Shown here: positions 22,633 through 36,107 of the stretch, piece after piece
Layout of the letters: the number at the start of each line of letters is the position of its first letter
Numbering within the stretch: position 1 is the stretch's first letter
Assembly (NCBI GenBank): GCA_031835245.2
Contig: JAVKOQ020000104.1
Coordinates: 1 to 64,000, forward strand
Source of the DNA: Balamuthia mandrillaris
Lineage: Eukaryota
Direction: 5' to 3'
DNA length: 64,000 nt
The notes under the pieces: model-generated
Database searches by the model: none
What the model was told of the DNA's origin: nothing
Seen by the model: only the letters and a program-made list of their open reading frames with translations
Program-made: the position numbers and the translations under genes

Positions 22633-23642
22633 TTGAATGACCTTAATTGACCTGAAACGGGCCACAAAAGGGCACGTGGCGGTGTGGGACTTAGCCTTGC
22701 CAGCTGCTGCACCACCTATATTCTACACTTTAGCCCAAAGGCGAGCAATCACGAGAGTAAGGTGGCACCCGTTTGATGCAAACATATTTGTGTCGGCAGG
22801 ACAGTCTGGCTGGCTAAAGTTGTGGGACCTGCGGAACCCTTATACTCCAGTCTATACGTATATGGCGGGAGGAGGTTGGTTTTAGCGGCTTTCTCATATA
22901 CGTATTTTTGCTACAACTGATACATTTCTATATCCACTCAAGGTTGGGTATCTTCGCTGTTGTGGCACCATTCTAGAGAGCACCCGTTTGTTTTTTTCTC
23001 CTCCGACACGTCCATCCGCTATGTAGACATAGACGAAATGAAAGCTACCATTGTGCATTCCTTATCCCAGTTGACGTGGGTGAGTTTGGTGCCATCATAG
23101 TTTCCAATTACCATTGCTAACACGTTTCCTCTACCGCTACTCCAAAACACCAACACCAACACCAACGCCAACGCCAAAAGGATATGGACGCAACGCCATG
23201 GCTCAATTATTTGGCATTTTGCAGTGCGGATGGCTCTCTTCGCCTGTGGCCCATAGCCGGTCCGATACGGTCTAAGGGAAAGCTTAAAGACTTCAGCTTG
23301 CTGACCACCTCATATGAGATGACGACCACCCCCCAACGTAGCAACGTGCCTTCCGAGCAAGACGAACCCTCTCGGCTCATTTTTAGAGCTGAAGATGCCA
23401 CCTTGGAGAGAAGCTGGAAGACTGACGACCATCAACCTACTGAGGACAATGAGCAGGAGGAGGCAGAAGAGGGAACAGAAGATACCTCCTCCAATGGCGC
23501 TGTCACGGAGGCCCCCTTCGCCCCTCCACTTGTGGGCCTTCATAGGCTGTGTTGGAATACCAATCCCGGAGCGGAGGCCCTGCTCGCCTGTGGAGGGGCC
23601 GCTGGCCTCCTCTTCTGTTTTGCAGTGCCAGGTCTGTTGTAG
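20751..23642 (+). CDS. GTF3C2: TFIIIC tauB subunit (TFIIIC110/Tfc6): AT-hooks plus WD40
   Basis: RRGRPPG and RG-rich N-terminus. GGAIWGLDWAP, DVKWCP...RLGVLAVANEDGSIKIYSVP, LDWSP, GWLKLWDLRNP and LHRLCWNTN...LLACGGAAGL. Confidence 0.85.
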
Positions 23643-23829
23643 TCATTTATCCATTCGTCCATCCTATTTTACCTGCATCCGACCTACCAAACCATCCGCT
23701 CACTCATTTGCCCGCCAATAATCCGTTTCACTCGTCTATTCATTAGCATACATTGAATTGCCCTCATTTTACATCGATCTTTACATTAGAGTTTTTGTGT
23801 GTTAACAGCCAGCAAAAGGGGCATCAACT

Positions 23830-25622
23830 TTACTCCAAAACGCGAAAGCTATCGTCCAGGACTGCACAGTAGTCCTCCTCAAAGGCAGCCGTATTGTCGT
23901 TCACAGTTGAAGTTGCCACGTGTTTAGAAGTCTGAAGTTCATTCTCTTTCTGTTTGTGTTCAGAGGCCGCTGCCACACCGTTATTATTGCTGGTGTGGTG
24001 GTGGCTAGTTTTTCCTGCAAACACCCGCTGTAGGAGTTCTGTACTGTTGAGTGCTACGTCCTGTGTTAGGTGCAACAGTGGGCTTTTTGCCACGAAACGC
24101 AGAGGTATGTGTAGGTCAGTTACTGCTATGATGCCACTCAATGAAAAGAGAAATGGAGCAAAGGGTTATGTAAATTACTACTGTACCCGAAACCAAGCTC
24201 TCGGATAACACCTAATGCTGTTTCGTCTGTTACGCATGGTAAACATAGTGCCGACAAAGAGAGTTCTCAGCAAAACATAGTGAGTATTGTTCAATAGAAG
24301 TGCGCTTACCATTGTGTAGCAGTTCCTCAAGGATAGAGGTGGTAAACATGCGAAGCTGCCTGTCATCTGACTTGGCCCAAACTGTAAAAACACCAAGCCA
24401 GCCACTTTCGATAATTGTCTTCATGATGCTACCTGCTCACAACAGCAATGTCAAGCGAGTGGTGGTAGAGACATGAAATATGTTCAAACGTACCTGTCTG
24501 CGCAAGTAAGAGGATGCTTTTTGCCACTCGTAGTTGGATCGCATTGTCATTGTTGTTCGCTACAACTAATACTTGTAAAGACTCTAAACCACCTTCCTCA
24601 ACGACACAACGCCGATAGGGCTCTGTAGAAGAGCATAAACGATATGGAAGGTCAGTCTTCGGTTGGAGTTACATTACACTCCAGGGTGATAATGAAAAGA
24701 GGACCTATTTTGCCAAGGCGACCAATGGCTCGAGCTGCCAGAAGTTTTGTTTGAGCCGTAGCAGAAGAGTTACTGACCAGGTTGTTTATAGCATGCATCA
24801 GCAGTCTTACTGATGCCTCTGTGTGCGTGTGTGAGTGAGTGAGAGAGAGATAGAGAGAGAGGAGAGAGGAGAGAGAGAGAGAGAGAGTTAATAAATAATC
24901 ACAAGAATAAAATAGTGGAAGATCGCAAGAAAGAACCAGCAGCAGCGGCATTATTAGTTCTCGCTGGGACTGCCTGGGCCAGCCGGGCCAAAGCTTGAGC
25001 TATTCGTTGTCCTTGATCAGGGTCGGGACGTCTGGACCACTCTACGAATCTTTGAAGACATTCTTGGTCGTCGAGTACGGCTGTCCTGTTTTCAGCTTAG
25101 TGTAAACCAAGGTAAGCTACATTCACTGATAGACAATCAATGTAACCATTGGGGCGGCAACGCTGAGCAGAGAGGATAGATACCACAACAGGCTAAATTG
25201 GTGAGCACACCTACCAGTATGCTTTGCAAGGGAAGCTCATGAGACATAGAACCCTCACGCGCCTGGTGCTGCTCAAGCAGCGTTAATATATTTTTCAGTA
25301 TGGGTATGGCACCTTCCTTAGTCATCTTAACAGCTGTGGCACCTATCCATGGTGGTTGCAGTGGGCCACAGTAAATAAGATGAGGCCACCTCTTCTGACA
25401 AAAAGATAGTATAGAGAGGATTGCTACCAACCATCCTGTGACAGGTAAAGTAAGACACGACCCAGCTGTTGTCGATAGAGGCGAGAGTGTAGGCCCGCCT
25501 CTTTGTCTTTGGGAGTTACCATTATAGAGTCCCGCAAGCTATTGAGAAGGAAACGTGTTGGTGCATACGCCTTTACTGACCACTCGCTCGCTGTTTGGTG
25601 TTCTTGTTGTTACTTGCTTGAA

Positions 25623-25667
<45 letters not shown>

Positions 25668-26099
25668 ATGAGGAAACAGTGTTGGTTGGAGTTTAGAACC
25701 TTGTGCTTGTCGAAATGGCAGTGCACCAACAGCAAAGCCACAGAGGGTGGCAGCAAGAACCATAAGCCAAGTAGTGGGTCGCAAGGAGAGGTACGGTCTG
25801 GACCTTTCCAGTTTCTCCAGCTGCGCAACAGAATTTGTGTTGTAGCTACGCATACAAGAAATAAAAGCCACAGAAAGACTTCTGCAGCAAGGCAACGGCA
25901 GCAGAGGTACACACGCTCTTGGCAGAGCCCTCCCGCTGCTGCTGCTGCTGCTGCTGCGGTTGTAGTGCAAAGCACGCAAGTAAAAGGTGCAATGGCAGGT
26001 ATTTACAGGTACCATGGAAGTTGCACGAAGAGAAGGAAGAGAAGGGAGTGGCCCCCGCGCTAACCTCCACTGCCAAGCGGCGTTGGTCCGCTGCAGCAT
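23830..26099 (-). CDS. Armadillo/HEAT-repeat protein with possible mitochondrial presequence and one TM helix
   Basis: Arg-rich N-terminus, hydrophobic WLMVLAATLCGFAVG, ARM-like exons (EGAIPILK...VLTNLAC, LLAARAIGRL, VVEEGGLESL). Start uncertain. Confidence 0.6.
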
Positions 26100-26307
26100 G
26101 CTGCTAGCTTTTGCTCTTGGTGGGGCAGTGCTGCTGGCCGAGGCTCGGAGCAAGAAGCGCTCCTGTCGACGGATCCACTTTTTGTCGACATAAGGCCCGA
26201 GCACGAAAAGCAAGAAGAAGAAGAAGAAGAAGAAGAACAAGAAGAAGAAGAAGAGTGTTCTCCTCTCCTTCCAACTGACACTGAGCGAGCCATCATTCTG
26301 AGCGAGG

Positions 26308-29300
26308 ATGGAGGCCTCCTCCCAGTATTGCCCGCACGTGAGAAAGGTGCAGCTCGCCTTTCAGCAACAGCGCTTTCAATCCCTTGACCTCAAAGTACGT
26401 ACAACCCCACCAGCAAGAACACCACCAGTGGCGGCGGCGGCGGCTGCTACTTGATTCGTTGTTCATTGTTTTGTGGGGAGGTTACTGACCTACCTCCTTG
26501 GTTAAAAAAACAAAATCTGCCACCACCGTACCCCTCACCACCACCCCACTTGTTGCCACCGCAAAAAAGGAACGTATCCACTCGCGTAAACTAGCTTGTT
26601 GCAAGTGCAGGTGTAAGATGCCAAATGTTTGGGCGTGCCTTGAGGTATCTTTTCTCTTTTTGTTACGTTTGTTTGGGACGACCCTCACAAACAGCTTCTT
26701 CTGCCTGCCTCGGTTCAAAAGGACCGTTGCACTTTCATAGGTTGTGGGCGAAACCAGGGAGAACATATGCTATCCCACTTTATGCAGCAGCGACAGCACC
26801 GCCTATGTTTGAACGTGGAAACGCAACAAATATGGTGTTACGAGTGCGACGAAGAGGTTTTAGAGTGTACTTGTCCAGACGAGCAGGAGGCACAACTAAT
26901 AGAGAGAATACGAGGGTTGGTAGTCCTTCCTTCCGCCCGTTCCTCCTCTCGTTCTCTCTCCAACATCAAGCGCAAAGATGGAACAAAGCATTCCTCCAAA
27001 GGTGGTCTCCAACTCTTTTGTAATAGCTCTTTACTTTTCATTCACGAATGTCGCTACTCAAAATAATGTAGGTCTCTGTGGTCTAAGCAATTTGGGTAAC
27101 ACTTGTTATATGAACGCCAGCCTTCAGTGTCTCAATAATAGCCCCTTGGCCTTCTACTTTAGAAAATGCGCTCTCATACAGCTCAGCAAGCATCGTCACA
27201 TCTACAGACTTTCTTGGCATTTTGCGGAGTTTACTGCTCACCTCTGGAGTGGCAAACTGTACTTAATTCTCTTCCCTCTTCCTTCTGCTCTTCTTGCCGT
27301 GCAAATCACATTAACACCCGTGTGGGATGCATGGATGAGCTGGGTGCGAATTGAAAAGGCCTGACCTCCTCTTATACAGGCACTCTTATAAGCCTGTCGA
27401 TTTACTGCGGGACATGGTTCGCGTTAATCCACTTTTTGCTGGATATGGGCAACAAGTTTCGTCTCTCTCTCTCTCTCTCTCTCTCTCATATCTTTGTTGA
27501 GCTAATTGGTATCACACGCAGGATGCTCAAGAGTTCTTAAGGTGTATCATAGATGCATTGCACGAAGAATTAAAGGAAGTAACTCAGCCATCTAAACTGG
27601 TCCTTTTTAATGAACAAGAGCAACTCAACAAAAGTTTGGAGCGGTCAAAAAAGAGAGAGAACCCAAAAACCTCCCAAGTTAAGAAAAAGTATTATCGAAG
27701 TATCGTATCGGACTTGTTCGAAGGCACCCTTCTGAGCCATGTTAAATGTTTGCGGTGTGGAAAGGTAAAACATTTCTATTCTCTATTCATAGACAACCGT
27801 TGATAACCATAAAACACCCAGAGTTCTCCGACTTTAGATCCGTTCTATGATCTCTCTGTCAGCATTCCTTCTGATACTACTCTCAATCGCCTCATTGACC
27901 AAGAGCAACAGCACGTCCCAGCGAACCTTAATAACAGAGAGGGCCGTGGCTTATTTACCCGCATGGGCCAATGGCTTGGGTATTTTCCTTTACTTCGCAC
28001 TGCTTTGCTCTAATTCTCTTTGTGTTTTATTGTATTCACTTTAATATGTATTTACTTTATATTGTTTGGTTTGACATTCCCAATCTAATGTCGCCCATCA
28101 TACAGCCTATCAACTCGCACGGTATCGTTGATGGATTGTCTTCGTTGCTACTGTATGAGCGAGTGCCTAACAGGGGTTGATAGATACAACTGCGACTTCT
28201 GTCGAAGACGTAATGATTCCCAAAAATACTTGCGGCTAGTTCATCTTCCTAAGGTTACGTTACATTCTTGTAGTTTCTTTTGGCTTGAGTTTAGTCACTG
28301 AAACGATTTTCACAGATTTTGTGCATCCATTTGAAACGTTTTCGTCACGATTCGTACTTTAGCTCAAAAATCTCAGATCAAGTTACCTTTCCTCTTACAG
28401 GCCTGAACATGGCCCCATTTTGTGAAGAGTATGGCGGTAACGAGGACATGATTGCCCACACAACCTATGATCTAATCGGCCTCATAAACCATAGAGGTGG
28501 ACTGGGAGGTACTGTACTCTGTCTGAAATTGTTGAGAGATTGCCTTCATTTTTTTCTTTCTTGCTTGCTCGCTTGCTTGCTGGCTCATGCAAACTTTCTG
28601 GTTGCTGGATTTAGGAGGGCATTATGTTGCCTATTGTAAAAATCAAAAGAACGGCAAATGGTGGGAATTTGATGATAGCTACGTGACAGAGGCATCGGAG
28701 AGCCAAGTTCAAGGCACGGAGGCCTATGTACTGTTTTACCAGCGGCGTAGCCCTGAGAAGTACGTAATTAGGACTTAATGTGCATTTGTGATGTTTCAAC
28801 CTTTAAGGATAGCTACTCACTTCTTGCAATGGCGGTGATGGTGACGGCACATATATATATTTTTTGAAAATAGTGATGAAAACGGAGAAGAGATCAAGGC
28901 AATCAGGGCAAGCATCAAAGCGTACCATTGCTGGTTAAACGCTGAGTTCAGTGCAACAGCTGCAAACGGAGCTGCAGAAGAAGAGGAAGAGCAGCCAAGT
29001 TACCTGAGCAGGGAGTGGTACTATAGATGGCTGACAGTGGAGGAGGAGGCAGGTCCCATCGACCACCGGTCCTTTATTTGTGAGCACGGTGGTCTCAGGC
29101 CAGAACAAGTTGCCCACGTCCCCCAAAGGCTGATATCCATACCACGGAACGCCTGGCAACAGCTGTATGCAACGTATGGCGGCGGCCCGGAGATAACCCG
29201 CCTCGAGTCTTGCGGCAAGTGTCAAAAGCTGGATCTCAGGCGAAATGAGGAAAAGCAGGCCATCGCTTCGATGGATCGAGACTCCCTTCAACCCTCTGAA

Positions 29301-29570
29301 GTGTGGTATCTTATGCATGCGGAGTGGTTAACCCAGTGGCACTGTTTTGTGCGTGGGGGTCCTCTTCCTGGACCTATTCCCAATCACTTGTTACTGGAGG
29401 AGAATGACCAAACGGGACTTCGTCCTTTAAAAGGCTTGAAACCTGTGACACACTACCGTGGCGTTATTCCTGATGTTTGGTGGTACTTGTTTGACAGATA
29501 TGGTGGTGGCCCTGAGATACGTCGTGATGTTATTAACATTTATAAGTTACCCTGTGCTGACAGAGCTTGA
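26308..29570 (+). CDS. Ubiquitin-specific protease, USP20/USP33-like (ZnF-UBP, USP, two DUSP domains)
   Basis: CPH...WACL...IWCYECD, Cys box [25 protein letters not shown], His box [10 protein letters not shown], two YGGGPEI DUSP motifs. Confidence 0.92.
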
Positions 29571-29926
29571 ACAATTCTTCTTTCGAGTCTTTGCTTCATG
29601 TGTGTTTATGTTTTTAATGTGTGTGCCTTCCTTGCTTGCACGTACTTTCGTTGGCCGACTCGAATTTTCGTTGTGTTTAGATCGTATGATCTTGACCACC
29701 TAAATGAGGGGAAAAACAGTAGGCTTCTCCATCAATTTTCTGCTGAATTTTCAGGGGATGTAGTTAGCTTTGTCCAGCCGGACCAATCGGCACTTGTTTT
29801 GCCCAAAACGAAGGCTGGCCTGCCTGGCTTTTTTTGCTTTTTTGTTTTGCAACGCAACCACCGCAAACTACAAACAAACACTAAGCACATCACAGAGCAC
29901 TTGGGTTGCATTCGGCTGGACCAACA

Positions 29927-30499
29927 ATGACTAAATACATGATTGCCATTGATGGAAGTGAGCACTCCGAGAAGGCTTATTCCATTGCCCACAAACTGTT
30001 GACGCCAGAGGACCAAATCTACTTGATCACTGTAGCCAAGGCCAAAGAAATTGAAGCTGCACAGCAGCTGCTTGCCAAGTGGGAGAACCAATGCAAAGCC
30101 GATGGGGTGAGTTGCTGACCATTATTTCCTCCTTGTTCTCGTGATACTTACTTGCCACTCTCTGCAACTTGTAAAGTACGCCCACGTCGAAACCGTTCTG
30201 CTGGAAGCTTCTGATGCCCGCGAGGCCATTTGCGAAGCTGTGGAGGCCAAAGGAGTTGACATCCTGGTGGTAGGCACTAGGGGCCTTGGCACCATTAAGA
30301 GGTTGGTTTCTTTTATCCCTCTGTTTTCTTTGTCTCGACACAAAAGTGTGAGAGGGAGTGTGTGACCCACCTGTACTAACCAAAGTGCTATCCCTCCACC
30401 TTACACAAACCACAAAATTGCTTTACAAGGATGTTTATTGGCTCCGTAAGCAACTACTGTGTACAGCATGCTCCTTGTGATGTGATCGTTGCCAAGTAA
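29927..30499 (+). CDS. Universal stress protein (UspA family), 3 exons
   Basis: MIAIDGSEHS, DILVVGTRGLGTIKR|MFIGSVSNYCVQHAPCDV. Confidence 0.93.
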
Positions 30500-30542
30500 A
30501 GCTCATTTGTTATGTTAAGCTTGTTTTTCCTCACTGCTGCAC

Positions 30543-30578
<36 letters not shown>

Positions 30579-30637
30579 GATAACTACAAAGAGCGTTCAA
30601 GGTGAGCCTGTCAAATAGGGTTGATGTGCACTGAGGG

Positions 30638-33600
30638 CTATGTGTGGGGCTGTAGAAATCTTTTTTCGGCGTATTTGGCTCGTATGAACCCTTCTCTCTC
30701 TGTGCTATGGTTGAGTGAATGTGTTAGCGGGGTGGCTTACTTGCACCCGTTTAAGCCTAACATAGATCGTCAGAGTTTGAAGAAAAAAGAGTACGTGGAA
30801 GCAGTGGCTGTTATCTGTGCGTGAGATTCTAAGTTTGCCGCCCAACGTGCGTTGGCTTTGAGGTTGCCCATGGATGCCATGTGCTGCGTTCGTGAGAAGG
30901 AGAGAAGAGGATTAGTCACCATCATCCGCGGTAAACAGCAAACCAAAAAGGTACCTGGATGGCAGTTGGTCCCCATCGGTCCATTGTGATAGAGCGTACC
31001 TTGGAGACATGAACACCAAGGTTGCGGTGTACCCCAGCACATTGGATGCAGATAAATATGCCAAGGTTCGCACTGGCCCACTCAGGTTCTGTTCAATGAC
31101 AAATCCTCAGTATTCTATGTATGGCTCCATCCAGCCACTGACATTAAAACAAAAAACATTCCACTTACTTGGATGTAGACAATCAGCACAAACATCGTTG
31201 CCGGGCAATAGCAGTAACTTGCCTAATTCTTCTTTGTTCTTCTCGACTTCTTCAGACTGCAGCAGGAATAGCAGGTGAGCGGTAATGCAACGCCCTCAGT
31301 GGGTGAATAGGATACCGAAAGTCCTTTAGTTTCCAACCGGGCTTTCATTAAGAGAGCTTGAGCTTTTTGTATGACGTCAACCCAACCGATCAACTCTGTA
31401 GAGTTTTGAGCAGCAAGCCATAGATGTCCTTCCAAGTTTACCACCCGAAAAGTGTACTTCTTAAGATTGCGATTCAACTCAATCTGTGCTTTCACAAATT
31501 GCAACTGGATTACCTTTTCTTTTTTGTCCCCCTAATGTTGGTTGGTTGATATTCGTTAGTCGTTTGTATGAGGCCGGTGCAGGCTTTGCTAATGAGGAGA
31601 TGAAGCACCTTGAAAATATCAATAGTGCCATGCTTGGTTAAACAAACACGCCGTTTCTTCCAAACAGATACCTGATATATGGTTTGCAAAGTGTTAGTAA
31701 GCTAACTCTTTCACTTGGTACTTTCTTTGGTGGCAATTGATACCTTTGGAATGCTTGTAGGTTTTAACAAATAGAGCACACCTTCTTTATATTCCACTTG
31801 GTGGTGGCCCATTGTAGTTGGGGATGATGGCTCATCAGTTATCCTGTCCTTCATCAAATGGATCCCCCCGGTATCATGTCCAAGTGTATGTTCAATCTCC
31901 GCCACTTCACCCAGCTCCAGCAAGACCTGACCCCGCTGTACCCCATCCAGGTTGTCTCTCCCACGACTCTCGCCTTCGCATTTTGTTTTGCCTTTCTGGT
32001 CTGGTCGGTCCTCGCCTAAGATGTATACTCCGGTTTCGTTACAGGCAGCGCTTGGATCCCCTCCGCTTTTGTGCCGTCTGTGGTGGCGCGAGGGTGACTT
32101 ACTCAGACGAATGTCCGTTGACAGGGAAGTTGGATGCGAGTTGCAGTTGGAAGCGGGAGATGAAACCGAGGGAGATGAAGTTTCTGCACCAGCGGAAGAA
32201 GAAGCGGAAGCCGAAGAGGAAGTTGATGAGGAGGTTGATCGTCGTTTATGACCCCGATTTCGCAGGTTCGGACCTGCAGAGTGCCGGTTGCGTTGCTTTC
32301 TATCTCCAGCGAAGGTAAGCGTAGCTGTAATTTCAGAAGAAGGGGTGCGTCTGTGACCACTTTTTGTTGTAAACGGCAAAGAAGGCACAGTAATTGATGT
32401 GGTGAAGGTAAGGGTGGGGAAATCAGCATGGTTATGATCCACCTCACCTGGTTGCCGGGAAGGATGAACCGCTGTGGAGGCTGTTTCCTGCAGGGAAAGT
32501 GAAGAGCGGAATGAAGCTTCGGCTTGCGGGCAAGTTTCGCCTGATGCTACCAACATTGGGGAATCTAACACAGACTGACGCTCCCGCTTTCCGTAGATAA
32601 CGATACTCTGAGCCTGCAATGGAAAGACGGTTAAACTATCCAGTGACACTTGACATCATAGTGTTCGAGGGTACGTGCCGGCGTTTTTATCCGAAGGCAC
32701 TGCTCATACACCTTGGCTCCTTTCAAGGATATAATCCAAGCAAAATACTCACATTCCTCTTCCACCTTGTATTGCCGTCTACGCTTGCTGTGGTGTGTGG
32801 TGACCTCGAAAGTAAAGGCAGCCGCATCTTGTTCTCTTACATCCACGTTTATGATACGAACTTCTTCCAACGGCTTTCCTTCTGCATTCCTCGACTCAAA
32901 CTGATACAGGATGCTTTGTGGTGAACAAAGGTCGTACCATGATTGTCATGTTGGATGAGAAGCGTGAACAGATAAAGACCGAATGCACCACAAGAATTGC
33001 AAAAGTACAAAAGGACGTCGTGAATAACTCGACAGGAAATTAACATTTTAAAGAATGCTGCCACGTACGCATTTCTCAAGACAAAGAAGTATCGTAGCCA
33101 CTGGTCGCGTTCACCTGCATAAGGTGTTGTGCTTTTTTAAAAGCTAATGAAAAACTCGAGAACGGGTCCCATCCACCGTACCTTGCCTACTGAGCATCCA
33201 GCCGGTCTTTTGAGGCGCCTCCAAACTTTCCAGTGTAAATATTACCACTGCACCGCCGAAATAATGCGTCAACTGGTTAGATGAGGATGAGGGAGAGGTA
33301 GAACGGAGAGAGAAAAGAGGAGAATAGAGAGTAACCTTTTTCGTTGGTTTGTTCATTGCTTTCCTCAACGAGGAGCGGAGAGGTATTGGTGGTCCTCATA
33401 TCGTCCAGCAAGTCTTGGCCTTCAGGAGACCATGACTGACGTCGGGGCCTGGTGTCCCTTCCAATAGGCCGTGAACAGTTCTTTCCGGTGGGTAGTTGGG
33501 GTTCATCAGTTTTCACGTTCCCTTTTATGCTTGGAACAGGGGTGAAGGTAAATGAACGTGAAAGTATAAAGTAACAACAAAGTATGTCCTACCCTGTCCT

Positions 33601-33860
33601 TCTGGCTGATTTTTTCGATGCAGAAAGGGTGGCTGCGCCCCTGTTTTCCGATTTCATTTCCATGCTTTCCATCTCGTTTATGTAGTCCCTCTCCAGGCAG
33701 GGCGCCGGAGGATGACTATTCCGTCTTTCAGGTCTGAAAGGGGTCTTTGGTGGTAGAGGTCGTGGTTTTGAATAAGACTAATGCAGAGAGAGCAGCCAAC
33801 CGACACAAAAGGAATGCCAGTAATGTTTAGTATGTAGAGTTTACAACAGATAACCCCTCA
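30638..33860 (-). CDS. ArfGAP with two PH domains
   Basis: PH motifs KTGWML...WLRYFFVL and KEGVLY...WKKRRVCL...WVDVIQ. Arf[36 protein letters not shown] and FIRAKY. 5' end uncertain. Confidence 0.88.
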
Positions 33861-34167
33861 TCCTACCCCCCACTACTGGGCCAGGGCACCAGCAGGCAGG
33901 AAGAGAGAAGTTGGCCACCGGAAAACCACACAGATTTCGCCTGCTGTTGCTGCGCTGCCCTCCTCTTCCTTTTGTTCCTCCTCTTCTGAGGCCTTTCTTT
34001 CTTCTGCACATTGCTGAAATAATCCTGGTGAGCCTATCAGCCACGAGCTCCGACCACACTCAGCCCCAAACATTCGTGAACTGTACGGCCTTAACCTCAA
34101 CAGCCTTGAAGCACAACTTCTTAGCACAATTACAAGAAGCATACCGAACCAGATCCTCTTGCGTAAC

Positions 34168-35523
34168 ATGCAAAACGAGGCGGAAAGTCCCCCTGCTAGT
34201 CGGCCTAAAGAGGGCGCAACAAGTTCTTCTGGGGTTGATTATCTTGTGAAGGGTATGTCCCATGTTTTACCAACTAGTTGAGGAGAGGAAGAGAGAGGCT
34301 GTCTTACTAACTTACCTTCAAACTCATTGGTAGTGGTGATTATTGGCGACTCTGGTGTTGGTAAGTTGCCCTATGTAGTCCAGTTGTTTGCTTGCTTTTT
34401 TTTTGTTGTTCAGAAGCTCAAACACTCCCTCATAAAATATATAGGCAAGTCTAATATAATGAGCCGCTTCACCAATGGCCAGTTCTACGAGGACTCAAAG
34501 ACTACCATAGGTGTCGCCTTTGCAACGAAGAGCTTTTCCATAAACCCAGATAGCCCTGATCTTACTCCACAAGAAGGCACAGACGTCAAGTTGCAGGTTT
34601 GGGATACAGGTATTCCTCTTCCTCTTCCTCTTCCTCTTCCTCTTCCTCTTCCTCTTCCTCTTCCTCTTCCTCTTCCTCTTCCTCTTCCTCTTCCTCTTCC
34701 TCTTCCTCTTCCTCTTCCTCTTCCTCTTCCTCTTCCTCTTCCTCTTCCTCTTCCTCTTTCCCTTCTTTACTTGGCATCTCTGCTCTGTTTCCTCTCCTGC
34801 ACTGGCTGACAGCTTTCCCTTACGCTTCACGAATCGATCGCCATTTATGTTCAGCTGGACAGGAACGATACAGGGCTCTGTGTAGTGCTTACTACCGAGG
34901 AGCACTTGGTGCTTTGGTCGTTTATGACATCACCAACAGACAGTCATTGGAGCATATTCCCAAATGGTTGGAGGAACTAGACCGATACTGTACTCAAGAT
35001 GTGGTAGTCATTTTAGTTGGTAACAAGTGCGACCTTGTTTCGCAGGTTGGTATTCTCCCTTTCTCTCTTCCCTACTTTCTCAATCTCTTACTAAAATTGG
35101 GTGATGACACTACTACACGGTAAACGCAGCGGTGTGTTAGTGTCGAGGAAGGCAAAAGATTGGCAGAGAAAGAAAACATGTTCTTCATAGAAACATCAGC
35201 CAAAAGTGGAAGTAACATAGAGAAGGCGTTTGTTCAGCTGACAAAAGGTGCTTTATCCTCTTCTTTTTCCAGAAATACCAGTTGCTCACTTTTGCTCTCA
35301 AATAGAAATCATTCAGGTGGCTCGACAGCAACCCATTGTTGAGGAAAAGGGCGAAGTGGTGAGTCTTTCTTCCCTCTTCTGTGTTGCACCGCCCCCACTG
35401 ACTCAGATGATGCTTAAAAAGCCCAAATCGAAAGGGGTGGTAGAGCTTGCACCCGAAGAACCAGAAGATGACGAAGGATCTGGCGCAAAACCTCCGCCTC
35501 GGGGCAAGGACTGCAATTGTTGA
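34168..35523 (+). CDS. Rab GTPase, Rab11-like
   Basis: [46 protein letters not shown]-terminal CNC prenylation motif. Confidence 0.93.
34615..34757 (+). repeat. Intronic (CCTCTT)n microsatellite, about 23 units
   Basis: Perfect hexamer array in the intron that splits WDT|AGQE. Confidence 0.95.
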
Positions 35524-35706
35524 TTTGCGCGATTCGCTTGCTTTACAGCACTACCAGAGGAGGGAACGCTCCGTAGTGGAAATAAGATAAGGCAACTAGG
35601 TCGTGTTTTGTACAAAAAAAATATATATAAACTGTTGTGTCGCCAAGAGGGAACGAAGAAAGACAGAGAAGGAATGGCAAAGTGAAACACGATCAGACCA
35701 GAAACA

Positions 35707-36058
35707 TCATTCAAGAGACTTGAGATAGTCCATGTAGGTATTGTACTCAAGGCGTGTCTGCGTGACGTTGAGGGCTTGGTGCTCAAAATGTCCATCTTTG
35801 AGATACAGAACGCGGTCAGCATAGCATTCTAAGTCTGGGTTGTGCGTCACCATCAAGCACGTTGTCTTGAGCTTTTGGTTAATGGACAGCAATAGGTCCA
35901 TCACCTGGATTGTATTTTTGGTGTCCAGATCACCTGTTGGTTCGTCCAGCAGCAATATTACTGGCTCGTTGGCCAATGCCCGCGCTATTGTTACTCTCTG
36001 CTGCTCTCCTCCTGACAACTCTGATGGCTGTACCCGAGGCAATGTGAGAGAGAGCGAG

Positions 36059-36107
<49 letters not shown>

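Noticed and set aside
32720..32735. Further U12 donor-like motifs on the minus strand (here, about 13070 and about 40440)
   Set aside because: All lie inside continuous open exons (WIISLKG, SYILNY, MVSLL), and no intron is needed to keep the frame.
34495..34905. Poly-E, poly-S, (KR)n and (PL)n ORFs
   Set aside because: Translations of the intronic (CCTCTT)n microsatellite. The same applies to (ER)n and (SL)n ORFs elsewhere.
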